Source: an uncultured Candidatus Rokubacteria bacterium
GTDB lineage: Bacteria > Methylomirabilota > Methylomirabilia > Rokubacteriales > CSP1-6
NCBI GenBank assembly: GCA_963721815.1
Contig: CAVRLO010000015.1
Location: 76,163 to 140,162, forward strand
Length of the DNA: 64,000 nt
Direction: 5' to 3'
A program made the translations under genes and the position numbers. This document shows, in pieces, positions 9,596 to 20,189 of this stretch (its first letter is position 1; every line of letters begins with the position of its first letter). Under the pieces are notes generated by a model. The model was given only the letters and a program-made list of their open reading frames with translations, had not been told where the DNA came from and did no database searches.

Positions 9596-11707
9596 ATGAG
9601 TGCCGGCCCGGGGGACCTCCTCGCGTGCGTCGCGGCCTTCGCGCGCTCCCTCGAGGGGGAGTTCGACCCGCAGCGGTTCCTCCACGACTTCTCGGCCAAG
9701 GCCCAGGCGCTCGTGCCGCACGAGGGGATGTTCATCGCCTGGCTCGAGGACGAAGGCCGCACCTTCAGCGCCTTCGCCCGCCACGTCATCGGCCCCGATG
9801 TGACGATCGACTTCCGCAACTACACGATCGCCTTCGACCCGAGCGAGCGCTTCCCCCGCGACACGGCCGCCTTCGGGCCCATCTTCGACGGCCAATCCCA
9901 GCTGATCTCGGGCGACGACGATATCCCGGGCTCGGCGGACCGGGCCGGATGGGCGGCGTGGAAGATCGCGACCAACTTCCGGGCCAGGCTCGGCGTGCCG
10001 CTCAATTCCGGTGGACGCGTCGTGGGTGCCTTCGTCATGGCGAGCCGGACGGCCGGTCGCTTCACCGAGGAGCACGTCGCGGCCTGCCGCCAGATCGCCG
10101 AGCTCATCGGGCCGTTCGTCGAGAACGTCGTGCTTCTGCAGCGCGAGCGGCGCCGGCGCGAGCGGCTGCAGGCGGTCGCCGCACTGCCGCCGATCATCGG
10201 CGCCAGCCTGCTGGTCGGTGACATCCTGGAGCGCCTGGGCGACGCCGTGCGTCCGGTGCTCGACTTCGACCTGTTCGGCGTGAGCCGCCTCAAGGCGTCC
10301 GGACGGGAGTTCGAGCGGATCGGAATGGTAACCAGCGGCCGGCCCCCAGGGCCCCAGACGTTTTCCATCGACGAGTCGTCGGTGCTGCCCCGCATGCGCC
10401 AGGGCCAGGTCGTGCTGGTCCGCGACGCCCAGCGCGAGCTCGACCTGAGCGGAGCGGTCGACCGCAAAATCATCGTGGCGGGCATCAAGTCGTTGCTGCT
10501 GGCCCCACTCGTCTTCGGCGAGGAAGTGGTCGGCGGGATCTTCTACGGCAAGCGCCGGGCGCACTGGTACGACGAATCGGACGTCGAGATCGTGCGCGCG
10601 ATCGCCGACGCGCTCGTGATGGCCCTGCAGCACCAGCGGCTGGCCGAGGAGCAGCAGCGCGCGGCCGTCGCCGAGGCGACCAGCCAGAAGCTCGAGCAGC
10701 GCGTGCAATCCCTGCGAGGCGCCCTCGAGGAGCGCTTCGGCTTCCACACGATCCAGGGCCGGTCACCCGCGATCATGACGGCGCTCGGCCAGGCCCAGCG
10801 GGTGGCGCCGACCGAGACGACGGTGCTGCTGACCGGCGCCAGCGGAACGGGCAAGGAGGTCCTCGCCCGCGCGATCCATCTGGGAAGCGCCAGGGCCGAA
10901 GGTCCCTTCATCGCGATCAACTGCGCGGCGCTGCCGGAGACGTTGATCGAGTCCGAGCTGTTCGGCCACGAGCGCGGAGCCTTCACCGGCGCCGATCGGC
11001 TCAAGCGCGGCCGCTTCGAGCTGGCCGCGGGCGGCACCTTGTTTCTCGACGAGGTCGGCGAGCTGGCGGCGGCAGTGCAGGCCAAGCTCCTGCGCGTGCT
11101 CCAGGAGCGGCAGTACGAGCGCGTGGGCGGCACCTCGACCCTGTCGGCCGACGTCAGGCTGATCGCCGCGACGAATCGCAACCTGGAAGAGGCGGTCGCC
11201 GCCGGCCGCTTTCGCGACGACCTGTTCTATCGGCTGGCGGTCTTCCGGGTGCACCTGCCGACCTTGCACGAACGCGGCGACGACATCCTGGTGCTCGCCG
11301 ACCGCTTCGTGCGCGAGTTCGCGCAGCGCATGGGCAAGGGCGACGTCGGGCTCAGCCGCGAGGCTCGCGATCTCCTCCTGGCCTATCACTGGCCCGGCAA
11401 CATCCGCGAGCTGCAGAACGCGATCGAGCGCGCGGTGATCCTGAGCGACGGCGGCCTGCTCACCGCCGCCCAGCTCGGCGTCACGCCGCCCCCGAGCCGC
11501 GCCGAGGCGTTCGCGCCCGGGCGCGCGCAAGGCGCCGCCCAGGACGAGGACGGCGGCGCGGCGATGCAGGGGCTGCCCGAGATGGAGAAGCAAGCAATCG
11601 TCGAAGCCTTGCGCCGCGTGAACGGCAACAAATCGCAGGCGGCCGCCGCGCTCGGGCTGAGCCGCACGCGGCTCTACACGCTCATGCGCCGCTACGGGTT
11701 GAGCTAA
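9596..11707 (+). CDS. GAF-domain sigma54-dependent transcriptional activator
   Basis: Two GAF-like regions, Walker A GASGTGKE, '[15 protein letters not shown]', '[10 protein letters not shown]', Fis-type HTH. Confidence 0.9.
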   Translation: MSAGPGDLLACVAAFARSLEGEFDPQRFLHDFSAKAQALVPHEGMFIAWLEDEGRTFSAFARHVIGPDVTIDFRNYTIAFDPSERFPRDTAAFGPIFDGQSQLISGDDDIPGSADRAGWAAWKIATNFRARLGVPLNSGGRVVGAFVMASRTAGRFTEEHVAACRQIAELIGPFVENVVLLQRERRRRERLQAVAALPPIIGASLLVGDILERLGDAVRPVLDFDLFGVSRLKASGREFERIGMVTSGRPPGPQTFSIDESSVLPRMRQGQVVLVRDAQRELDLSGAVDRKIIVAGIKSLLLAPLVFGEEVVGGIFYGKRRAHWYDESDVEIVRAIADALVMALQHQRLAEEQQRAAVAEATSQKLEQRVQSLRGALEERFGFHTIQGRSPAIMTALGQAQRVAPTETTVLLTGASGTGKEVLARAIHLGSARAEGPFIAINCAALPETLIESELFGHERGAFTGADRLKRGRFELAAGGTLFLDEVGELAAAVQAKLLRVLQERQYERVGGTSTLSADVRLIAATNRNLEEAVAAGRFRDDLFYRLAVFRVHLPTLHERGDDILVLADRFVREFAQRMGKGDVGLSREARDLLLAYHWPGNIRELQNAIERAVILSDGGLLTAAQLGVTPPPSRAEAFAPGRAQGAAQDEDGGAAMQGLPEMEKQAIVEALRRVNGNKSQAAAALGLSRTRLYTLMRRYGLS

Positions 11708-11746
11708 CGCCTGAACCGCCCGGCTTCGTTGGCACGGGAGGGGATC

Positions 11747-12247
11747 ATGCGTCGGAACGCTGTGCTCCTGACGGCTCTCCTGGTAGTGCTCGCCGGGTGT
11801 ACGTCGACGCGCGAGACGGCCACCCCGGTGGATACGGTGACGCTCGGCCTGGTCCTGGACGAGTGGAGCGGCGCCTGGTCTTCGAATGACGTCCCGAGGC
11901 TCCTTCGGCTCTTCACCGAGGACGTTTACTACGAGGACGTGCCGCTCGGTGCCGTCAGCAAGGGCCAGCCGGCTCTGCGCGACTTCGCGACCTCCGTGTT
12001 CAACGGATTCAGCGATCTGAAGTTCGAGCGCAAATCGCGCTTCGTCTCGGCCGACGGGCGTATGGGCACCATCGAGTGGGTGTTCAGGGGCCGCCAGGTC
12101 AGGGACTTTCCGGGGATGCCGGCAACCCACCAGCCGTTCGAGGTGCGCGGCTCGAGCGTCGTCGAGTTTCGTAACGGGAAGATCAGCCGCAACTCGGACT
12201 ACTGGGATCTGGCGACGTATATGCGGCAGGTCGGCCTGGCCCGATAG
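11747..12247 (+). CDS. SnoaL/NTF2-like lipoprotein
   Basis: Lipobox LAGC; 'LFTEDVYYED', 'KISRNSDYWD'. Confidence 0.75.
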   Translation: MRRNAVLLTALLVVLAGCTSTRETATPVDTVTLGLVLDEWSGAWSSNDVPRLLRLFTEDVYYEDVPLGAVSKGQPALRDFATSVFNGFSDLKFERKSRFVSADGRMGTIEWVFRGRQVRDFPGMPATHQPFEVRGSSVVEFRNGKISRNSDYWDLATYMRQVGLAR

Positions 12248-12283
12248 CTGGCGCCAGGCCTACCCTGTCAGCTCAGGACGCGC

Positions 12284-12988
12284 TCAGCTCAGAACGCGTT
12301 TGCGGAAGAGGATCTCGCGAACCCCCGACTTCAGGAGCACCGTCTCGCAGATCTCGAGGCCGGCGAACATGATGTTGATGTCGCGGTTCTGCAAGACCCA
12401 CCGCCGGGTGCACTTGGACGGGTAGAAGCGGAAGCGCAGGTGCGCCTCGTCCTCGATGAAGTACTTGGTGTAACGCGGATCGTCCGACGCGCGAGCGCCG
12501 AAGAATCCGAGCAGCACGCCGCCCGGCCGCAGCACCCGCATCAGCTCGCCGGCCAGCGCCGTGGCGGCGACCGGAGCGAGATAGTCGAAGATGTCCCAGC
12601 CCAGCACCGCATCGGCGCTGCCGTCGGGCAGCGCGAACCGGCCGCTCAGGAAGGCGGGAAGCTGGTCGAGCTTGTCGTGCTGGACGTGGCGGTCGATGTC
12701 GGCGTAGAGGTCCTCGACGTGGATCTTGCAGCCGACCCGCTCGCCCAGGAACGTGATGTTGGAGCCGATGCCGGGCCCGAGGTCGATCACCTCGGCGGCG
12801 GGCCGGGCGAACAGCAGGGAGAGGAAGCGTGCCAGGGTCTTGCTCGCGTAGACGGTCTCGGCGGGCACGGCAGTGACCGCACGCGGCTCGACGGCGACAC
12901 GTGCCGGCTCGTCGTCAGATCGAGAATTCTGCCGGCTCAAACGGGACACCAGACCCGAGAGCCCACCGGTCTTCTGATCGGTATTCAA
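12284..12988 (-). CDS. Class I SAM-methyltransferase-like protein
   Basis: 'VIDLGPG', 'DAVLGWDIFDYL', 'RVLRPGG'. Confidence 0.6.
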   Translation of the reverse strand: MNTDQKTGGLSGLVSRLSRQNSRSDDEPARVAVEPRAVTAVPAETVYASKTLARFLSLLFARPAAEVIDLGPGIGSNITFLGERVGCKIHVEDLYADIDRHVQHDKLDQLPAFLSGRFALPDGSADAVLGWDIFDYLAPVAATALAGELMRVLRPGGVLLGFFGARASDDPRYTKYFIEDEAHLRFRFYPSKCTRRWVLQNRDINIMFAGLEICETVLLKSGVREILFRKRVLS

Positions 12989-12995
12989 CGCCGCC

Positions 12996-13583
12996 TCAGA
13001 CGCGGGCGAATTCGCCGTTCACGGGAACGCTCTCCGTCTTCGGCGTCTTCGACTCGGGCTTGGTGAAGGCGCCCACGCCCTTGTCCTGATCCTTCTTCTG
13101 CATGTCGATGCTGCCGCGGAAGTGCGAGCCGTCGGCGATCGCGACCCGGGGCGCCACGATGTCGCCCTCGACCGACCCCGACTCCTTGATGTCGACCTTC
13201 TCGGTCGCGTTCAGGTTGCCCGTCACCTGGCCGAGGACGACGATCGCCTTGGCGCTGACCTGCGCCTTGATGCGGCCGTTCGAGCCGACGGTGAGGATGT
13301 GGTCGCGCAGCTCGATCTTGCCGTCCACGCGCCCTTCGATCGTGAGGTCCTCGCTGCCGCTGAGCTCGCCGTTGATGATGATCGACTTGCCGATGCTCGC
13401 CATTTCTTCGTTCATAGATCGTGGCTCCTTCTGTGTCTGTTCGACTACATCAGACGACGTCGATGAATAGGACGGTGTCTGCGCCGAAAGGGACGGAGTC
13501 TCCACCGGGACGGATGCCGGCGCCGGACTAGCCGGGACGCTCGTCGGCTTCGGCTCCTCTCTCTGCTTCCACATCGCTCTCAC
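12996..13583 (-). CDS. Bactofilin (polymer-forming cytoskeletal protein)
   Basis: 'SIGKSIIINGELSGSEDLTIEGRVDGKI...VEGDIVAPRVAIADGSHFRGSIDM'. Confidence 0.9.
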   Translation of the reverse strand: MRAMWKQREEPKPTSVPASPAPASVPVETPSLSAQTPSYSSTSSDVVEQTQKEPRSMNEEMASIGKSIIINGELSGSEDLTIEGRVDGKIELRDHILTVGSNGRIKAQVSAKAIVVLGQVTGNLNATEKVDIKESGSVEGDIVAPRVAIADGSHFRGSIDMQKKDQDKGVGAFTKPESKTPKTESVPVNGEFARV

Positions 13584-13704
13584 CTCCGTGTGCGCCCGGA
13601 CTCATATGATCGAGAAAACGCTCAGGCGCCGGGACAGCCTGCAATGAGGTGCCGAGTATAACCTTGCTCCGGCGAATCAAGAACGTTTCCCCCGCATTTT
13701 TTTC

Positions 13705-13825
13705 GGGTTCAGGGCATCTTTCGCGAGAGCCTGAACCCCATCATCTCGGGGTTCAGACCCATGTTCTGGGTGCTCGAGACACACTCCCTTGGGGTTGCGA
13801 CCCTCGCGATTCGATCGCGAGGGTC
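13705..13825. repeat. Intergenic inverted-repeat cluster
   Basis: gggttcagg (13705) / cctgaacccc (13730) / ggggttcag (13748); perfect 12-bp hairpin GACCCTCGCGAT-TCG-ATCGCGAGGGTC at 13799-13825. Confidence 0.7.
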
Positions 13826-13983
13826 ATTGTCCCGAATGCGACGCCCGTTAATTCGCCGTTGTCGGATTCCAAACCCCGTTGCGCGGAATCGCGCACGCGA
13901 AACACCGCCTGTCCGAGGCCCATCGCTGGCGTCGAGTGATTCTAAAGGCCGGAAATGGGGGGCGTTATTGGTTTCGGCAAGTC

Positions 13984-13998
13984 TGGCTCGGCGCTTGC
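13984..13998 (+). promoter_or_regulatory. sigma54 -24/-12 promoter
   Basis: TGGCTCGGCGCTTGC: GG-N10-GC, upstream of AAGGAGGA RBS and GTG 14030. Confidence 0.65.
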
Positions 13999-14029
13999 CA
14001 TAGAGGGAAGGCGAAGAAGGAGGACGGCG

Positions 14030-14281
14030 GTGACTCAACAAGCAGTGGAGCGGGCGCTGAGTAAGCTTCTCACGGACGAGAATTTCCGCGACCGGTTCTT
14101 CGCGAACCCGGAGATCGCTTGCTGGGAGGCGGGGTGCACCCTATCGCCGATCGAGCTCGAGGCGCTCTCGCGGCTCTCGTACGAAGCACTCGCCCGGTTC
14201 AGTGAGGATCTCGACAAACGAATCAGCCGACCCTCCCTCGACCCCGATCGTCGGGAGGCAGGAAAGGCGGAGCGCACATGA
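14030..14281 (+). CDS. Small protein resembling NHLP/Os1348-type leader-peptide-like domains
   Basis: 'QQAVERALSKLLTDENFRDRFFANPE...LSPIELEAL'; strong RBS; ATGA overlap with the next gene. Confidence 0.55.
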   Translation: MTQQAVERALSKLLTDENFRDRFFANPEIACWEAGCTLSPIELEALSRLSYEALARFSEDLDKRISRPSLDPDRREAGKAERT

Positions 14282-15108
14282 CGGCCCAGATCGTTCAGCA
14301 GCCAGCGGTCGAGCGAGAGAAGCCGGCGATGAATGCCAGCAGCACCGCGCCGGCTGCGGGCTCCGCGAAGGCGCCGCAGACAGAAGCTCCGGCACACAGC
14401 AAGCGGCCGCGCGTGATCGTCGCCGGCGCACTGCTCGTCGCGGGTCTCGCTGGATTCGGGCTCTGGGACTTCTTCTTCGCGGGTCCGAGCGTCGAGCCCG
14501 GCGTGATCTCCGTGAGCGGCAGGATCGAGGGCGACGATTCGGCGGTGGCCGCGAAGACCTCCGGCCGCATCCGCGAGATCACCGTGCGCGAGGGCGACCA
14601 CATCGAGGATGGCCGGGTGATCGCCACCTCGACGATCAGCAGATCCGCGCCCGCGAGCAGCAGGCCGAGGCCGCCGTGCGGCAGGCCCAGGCTCGCGTCG
14701 AGCTCTCACGCCACCAGATCACCGTGTTGAACGAACAGCTTCGTCAGAGCGAGATCGGCGTGGATCAGGCTCGCGCCGACGCCGCCGGTCGCGTCAGCGA
14801 GGCGGAGGCGAGGCTGCGGCGAGGCTCAGCTGGCGCAGGCCAACGCGTCCTATGCGCAGGCAAAGTGGGATCGCACCGCGTTCACGAAGCTCTACAAGCA
14901 AGAGCTGGTTGCCGAGCAGCAGGCCAGCAGGCCGAGAGCAACGAGGAGGCGCAGGCGGCGCTGGTCGCGGCGTCTCGACGGCAAGTCGAAGCCGCCCAGG
15001 GCGCGCTGACGGCGGCGCGCGCCAATCTAGCGAACCCCGCGATCCGCTCGTCTCAAGCCGCGGCCGCCCGCGGCCAGATCTTGCAGGCCAACGCCGACAT
15101 CGCCGCGT
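14278..15108 (+). pseudogene. HlyD/YbhG-type membrane fusion protein; frameshifted and 3'-truncated
   Basis: TM helix, 'VSGRIEGDDSAVAAKTSGRIREITVREGD', coiled coil; ends abruptly at about 15108. Confidence 0.75.
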
Positions 15109-16027
15109 GGTGAGCCTGCCGGTGGATGCGTCGCCGGAGACCGCGCTCACGTCGGGCCGGGCGCGCGCCGCGCTGATCATCCCCGAGCACTTCGCGCGCG
15201 ACGTGCTGCGCGGGCGCAACGCCGAGGCCCAGCTGCTCGTTGACGCGACCGATACGAACACGGCGTTGATCACCAAGGGCAACGCCGCGCAGGTCACCGG
15301 TGCCTTCGCGAGCGAGTTGGCCAGGACGAGGACCGCCGCCGTGAGCGCGCCCGACCTGGTTCGCGGGGGCACCGCTCAGGTTCGGGTCAGCACGCGGCTC
15401 TGGTTCAACCCCGGCCGCGAGCCCAGAAAGTTCTACGGCCCGGGCATGTTCGTTCTCGGGCTCTCGATCTTCCCGCCGCTGCTGGCCGCGCTGGCCATGT
15501 CGCGCGAGGGCGAGCAGCAGACGATCTTGCAGGTATACGTCTCGGGCATCACGGCGCACGAGTTCCTGGTGGGCAAGATCCTGGCCGGCGTCGTGATCGG
15601 CGTCGCCGAGTGGGTGCTGTGCCTCGGCGTCGTCTTCACCCTGTTCGATCTCGGCATCGCCGGCGATCCCACGCCGTTCATCGTGGCGAGTCTGGCCTAC
15701 CTGTTCTGCGGTGTCGCGTTCGGCACGATGGTGGGCGTGGCCATTCCCTCGCAGGCGGCGGCGATGCAGGCGGTGCAGCTCGGCGGCTTTCTCCTGGCGT
15801 TCCTGCTCTCGGGGCTGATCTTCCCGGTCGAGAACATCCCCGCGGGGCTTCGCTGGCTGTCCAACCTGGTCCAGGCGCGCTACTACATCGTGGTCGTGCG
15901 CGACGCGTTCCTGCAGGGTGCCGGCTGGCCCGCGGTGTGGTGGCTGATCCCGCCCATCTGCGCCATCGGCCTCGTGTTCTACGCGCTCGCATGGCGCGCG
16001 ACACGGCGCATGCAGGTGAACGCATGA
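15109..16027 (+). CDS. ABC-2 permease (YbhS-like); 5' part missing
   Basis: 'LWFNPG', 'REGEQQTILQV', 'LLSGLIFPVENIP'. Confidence 0.8.
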
Positions 16028-16094
16028 TGGCCCGGCGGGACCACGATGTTGTTGGACAGTCTACCGGTCTGAGCCGATCCCGAGGATCGCGCCG

Positions 16095-16358
16095 TCAACC
16101 AGCACGACGCTCGCGACGCGTCCGGGTCGACCTGGTGGTCGAACGGGTAACAGCCTTGCGATCGCGCATGAGCGCCCGGAGTGCCTTGTTCACGGCGCGG
16201 TCATTTGGAAATGCCTTCGCGACTTGCGGATCGAGGACGACGACGTTAGTTGCCTCAGCGACTCGCCGTGCGTACTTCCCACGAGCTAGGCGTCCGAAAT
16301 CCGATCGCTTGTACTCTGGTCGAAGACCGTCGGACCGTTTTCTATTCGTCTTCTTCAT
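16095..16358 (-). CDS. Putative antitoxin partner of BrnT
   Basis: 'LRPEYKRSDF...RGKYA...VVVLDPQVAKAFPNDRAVNKALR'; overlaps the toxin. Confidence 0.75.
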   Translation of the reverse strand: MKKTNRKRSDGLRPEYKRSDFGRLARGKYARRVAEATNVVVLDPQVAKAFPNDRAVNKALRALMRDRKAVTRSTTRSTRTRRERRAG

Positions 16359-16617
16359 AGATATTTCTCTCGCTTGCGGTCGCGGGTCGGGCACTGATGA
16401 TCCTGATTGTATCGCCACGCTCGGTGTGGGCGATCACGAGAAGATTGCCGCTGCTGGAGATACCGAAGGTGACGGATCGCTCTTCGTCCAACGAATGGTC
16501 GGGGTCCGGGCCAGTCGCCGACAGCGGATCCCGGAATACCGTCGCTGCTTCCTCGAACGAGACACCGTGCTTGGCGACATTGTCGGCCGCCTTGGTCCGG
16601 TGCCATTCGAAGCGCAC
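16342..16617 (-). CDS. brnT: BrnT family toxin
   Basis: MRFEWHRTKAADNVAKHGVSFEEAATVF...IRIISAR. Confidence 0.9.
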   Translation of the reverse strand: MRFEWHRTKAADNVAKHGVSFEEAATVFRDPLSATGPDPDHSLDEERSVTFGISSSGNLLVIAHTERGDTIRIISARPATASERNIYEEDE

Positions 16618-16695
16618 TCAGAGCTCCTTTGCGCGAAGCTCAACGTGGAGATGAGGTCTTCGTGCGGTCTACCTGCTTGGCATGGCAGCGATCGG

Positions 16696-16887
16696 TCAGC
16701 TTCGGCGTGCCTTGCGCCGCCTCGTGGCCGTCCGCTTCGTGGCACTCTGCTTGTGCTCACGCGCCAGCGCTTCGGTGACCCGCGCCCGGAGCTCCCGGTA
16801 ATGCTTGGCCGAGATGCCGAGCGCCCGGGCAAGCGTGGAAAGTCTGGGGTAAGGAGAGGTGATCACCGCTCGCGGACGCAACGCCAT
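16696..16887 (-). CDS. Small basic hypothetical protein
   Basis: 63-aa ORF co-oriented with the TA pair; no motif. Confidence 0.3.
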   Translation of the reverse strand: MALRPRAVITSPYPRLSTLARALGISAKHYRELRARVTEALAREHKQSATKRTATRRRKARRS

Positions 16888-16955
16888 GGAGTCACTCTAC
16901 GCAGTCAAGGATTTTCGTGTCAACGTGCTCGGAAGGATACGTAGCAGGTGAACGC

Positions 16956-18048
16956 ATGACCCCCCGATTCTGGTCCCTCGCGCTCAAGGAGCTCAGGCAG
17001 ATCCGACGCGACAAGCGGCTGGTGCTGTCGCTGATCATCCCGCCGGTAGTCCAGCTCCTGGTGTTCGGCCTCGCCTTGGACCCGGAAGTGAAGGACCTGC
17101 GCGTCGGCATCGTGGATGAGAGCCGCACCGCGGAGAGCCGCGAGCTCGTCTCCGCGATCACCGAGAACCGCACGCTTCGCCTCAGTGGCGCCTATCCCAC
17201 GCCGGCGGCGCTCGAGCGCGCCATCAGCGACGGCAACCTCGACCTCGGCGTGGTGGTGCCCCACGAGTTCGCCCGCCAGCTCGGCCGCGGCCAGACGGCG
17301 GACGTCCAGGTACTGATCAATGGCGCAACGCCAACACCGCGCAGCTCGCTCAGGGCCACGTGCAAGCCGCGGTCGTCTGGCTGAACCAGAAGCCCGGCGT
17401 CGTCGCGTCGGTGGAGCTGCGCACCGCGTTTCTCTACAACCCCGGCCTCGAGCACACGTGGTTCACCATCACCGGCGTGCTGGGGGCTTTGATCGTGCTG
17501 AACGGATCCCTGGTGGCGGCGACGGCCATGATCAAGGAAAAGGAGCGCGGCACGGTCGAGCAGCTCCTGATGACGCCGGCCAGCGCGATCGAAGTCGTCA
17601 CGGCCAAAATCGCGCCGCTCTTCGTGCTGCTAATGGGCATGACGGGGCTAGCGCTGACCGTGGCGCGTCTGGTCTTCCACGTGCCGTTCCGCGGCAGTCT
17701 CGTGCTCCTGATCACGGCCTGCGCCTGCTGCGTGCTGACGGGCATCGGCATCGGCACCTTCGTGGCGACCCTGGCGCGGTCGGCGACCCAGGCCCAGCTG
17801 ATGCTGTTCTTCGTCAACCCGCCGCTCATGGCGCTCTCCGGAGGGTCACGCCGATCGAGGCCATGCCGAAGTGGATCCAGCCGTTCACCTATCTGAACCC
17901 GATCGCGCACTTCGCCGGGCTCGCGCGGGGCGTGCTGGTCAGGGGGTCAGGGCTGGAGGTGGTGTCCGTGCAGCTGCTCGCGCTGGGCGTGATCGCCTCG
18001 GTGCTGGTTGGGTTCAGCGCGTGGAAGTTCCGGGGGCAGATGAGCTAG
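16956..18048 (+). CDS. ABC-2 permease (YbhR-like); frameshifts near 17330 and 17845
   Basis: 'ALKELRQIRRD', 'FLYNPGL', 'KEKERGTVEQLLMTP'. Confidence 0.85.
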
Positions 18049-18069
18049 TCTTCGCCGCCCCCTGATCCT

Positions 18070-18549
18070 TTATTTCGGAGGGAAAGTCGCCAGGGTAGTC
18101 TCAACGGCCTTCCGCAGATCTTTGGAGGCCCCGTCCGTGCTGATGGAACCCGACGCTGTCCCTTTCCAGAGTAGGAATCCATCGCTGACCCGGTAGGCCT
18201 TCAGCGTCAGCATCCGAAGCTCATATCCTTGACCGAACATTTCATTCTCGTACACGATGGCGATGATGATGTCAGGCTTATCCGTCGCCCGCGTGAACCC
18301 CTTCTGCTCGAGCAGCGGATCTGCGATGAACCGGACATTCGTCTCGACGAGGGAGTCGCGCTGAGGTTGAGGGGACGCCCACGCGTAGCTCTTGAGTTCT
18401 GCGAAGTGTGCAGTAGGGTCGTAGGCGTAGTTATTCGTCGTCGCGCACCCTGCTATGACCAGAGTGGCCAGGAGAGCGAGGACCGTCGCGAGAGCCCGTG
18501 CCGCTTCTTCCTTCGGCGGTCGCATACCGTTCCTCCACTGCGAAAACAC
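18070..18549 (-). CDS. DUF4136-like lipoprotein
   Basis: Lipobox IAGC; 'YDPTAHFAELKSYAW', 'LLWKGTA'. Confidence 0.65.
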   Translation of the reverse strand: MFSQWRNGMRPPKEEAARALATVLALLATLVIAGCATTNNYAYDPTAHFAELKSYAWASPQPQRDSLVETNVRFIADPLLEQKGFTRATDKPDIIIAIVYENEMFGQGYELRMLTLKAYRVSDGFLLWKGTASGSISTDGASKDLRKAVETTLATFPPK

Positions 18550-18962
18550 TGTAAAGAGTGATTTCCAGTCCGTCGAATTGCGTATCTCACGATCACGATT
18601 CTTTTCGGCCGGCGTGCAGGATCATACCACCACGCATCGCTCGAGGAGCATCTGGTGATCGCGTACTCGGTTGGCGGGGCGCCAAGCTAGGTCTCGCGAG
18701 CGTCGGGCTCCTGGGGCTGTGGCATCGGTTCCTCGCGTTCCTGGGCACGGCCATGACGTCTCCGCTGAACCGAGATTTCCGATATGGACGGTGATGGCGG
18801 AAACCGAATCAGGAACGAGAGCCGGCACGTAGACGACGCGGAGATATCACCTTACCTGACCGCGAATTCCTGAGCCAGATGAGCTAGAGACGCCGAAAGA
18901 TTGCGCAGTCGCTGGCGAGGACAAGTGGTCGGCACGCGACAGCGCTCCCGCCCACTCGAGCC

Positions 18963-19202
18963 TTACGCGACATTCTGCATCTTGTTAGCGAAGTCTCGCC
19001 CCGATGTCGGAGGCGGCAATGGCCTGCCCTCTCGGCGGTACAGCTCGATGGTGTCTTCGACGATCTGACACAACTCGTCAAATACAATCTTCTCGTCGTC
19101 ACCATGACAGCCGCCATAGATCAAGCCGGGAGAACTACCGACATAGCAGTCGTCCTCGTCGGACCACTCGACGATCTTGACGTATCGCGCGCTGTCTCTC
19201 AT
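18963..19202 (-). CDS. hicB: HicB-like antitoxin
   Basis: 'YVKIVEWSDEDDCYVGSSPGL..GGCHGDD...GRPLP'. Confidence 0.8.
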   Translation of the reverse strand: MRDSARYVKIVEWSDEDDCYVGSSPGLIYGGCHGDDEKIVFDELCQIVEDTIELYRREGRPLPPPTSGRDFANKMQNVA

Positions 19203-19396
19203 TTTTTCGACTCCTCGATTGCTGACTGAACCGCCCGTACCTGGTACTGCTTCGCATCATCACCCAACGCTCCCGATATTGTCACGGGCTTGGAAACCTT
19301 CGGGTGAACGAAATTCCGATGGCTACCCTTGCCACCTCGATCGATAAATCCGGCAGCTTGAAGTTGAGCGATCAGTTCTCGAATCTTTGGCGGCAC
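19199..19396 (-). CDS. hicA: HicA family toxin
   Basis: 'GFIDRGGKGSHRNFVHP'. Confidence 0.85.
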   Translation of the reverse strand: MPPKIRELIAQLQAAGFIDRGGKGSHRNFVHPKVSKPVTISGALGDDAKQYQVRAVQSAIEESKK

Positions 19397-19529
19397 GTGC
19401 AGGCATCCCGGGTCCCTCTACTGAGTTTGTGCCGGGTGGAGGTCGGCGTCAATGTCCGCCAGGCGATACGGGCCGAACTCCGGCCCTCGCGCGAGGCGTG
19501 CTGGTGCGGTCGGGGCTCGAGGCTAGCTA

Positions 19530-20189
19530 CTACTCCGGCGGCTGGTTGTACCTCGGATGGTAAGGACCGTAGAGCAGGCCCTGGTCTTTGTGGTTGAACA
19601 AGAGCACGTTGACCATCGGGCTGAGCCTGTGGGCGGCATCGGTGCTCGTGTTCATGATCTGGGTGACGGCGGCCGCGATCGCCATGCCGATGAGACTCGA
19701 TTGGCCGGCGCTCGCGTTCTGCTGGACCAGGCGCTTGCCCTCCCAGAGCAGGAGCCCGCTTCGAGTATCGACGAGCCTCGCTTTGACCGCCACGGTCGTG
19801 ACGCTGTCGAGCAGGAGGTATTTGGTGCCGTATTGCTCGACCGTGACGAACAGCACCGCGTCCGCGCCCATGATCTCCGCCATCTTCTCGGGCGCGACCT
19901 GGTGCATCTCGCCGGCGCTGGGGAGGCCGTTCTCCTTCAGGAACTGATCGACCACGGCTATGGGGAACACGTAGTAGCCACGCTCGGCCAGGGGTCGCGT
20001 CACCGTGGTGAGGTACCCGTACGTCGCTTCGACGGCCGTGCTCTGGTTCAACGGCGGGAGCACGACGATCGAGCGCGGCGGGTGGAGACGATAGTTGGTG
20101 TAGTCGTACGGCTGCGCGGTCACGCATCCGCCGGCGAGCACCGCGGCCGCCGCGCAACAGATGGCCCGGGCGAGCCTGCCGCCGGTCAA
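19530..20189 (-). CDS. DUF799 (GNA1162-like) lipoprotein
   Basis: 'PRSIVVLPPLNQS', 'LAERGYYVFP', 'GADAVLF', 'GLLYGPYHP'. Confidence 0.8.
   Translation of the reverse strand: MTGGRLARAICCAAAAVLAGGCVTAQPYDYTNYRLHPPRSIVVLPPLNQSTAVEATYGYLTTVTRPLAERGYYVFPIAVVDQFLKENGLPSAGEMHQVAPEKMAEIMGADAVLFVTVEQYGTKYLLLDSVTTVAVKARLVDTRSGLLLWEGKRLVQQNASAGQSSLIGMAIAAAVTQIMNTSTDAAHRLSPMVNVLLFNHKDQGLLYGPYHPRYNQPPE

Larger units (their letters stand above)
16012..16959. mobile_element. TA cassette bounded by a 16-bp direct repeat
   Basis: GCAGGTGAACGCATGA at 16012-16027 and 16944-16959. Confidence 0.75.

Noticed and set aside
11729-11745. sigma54 promoter TTGGCACG after the activator gene
   Set aside because: Good -24 element, but the -12 position reads GA rather than GC at the required spacing.
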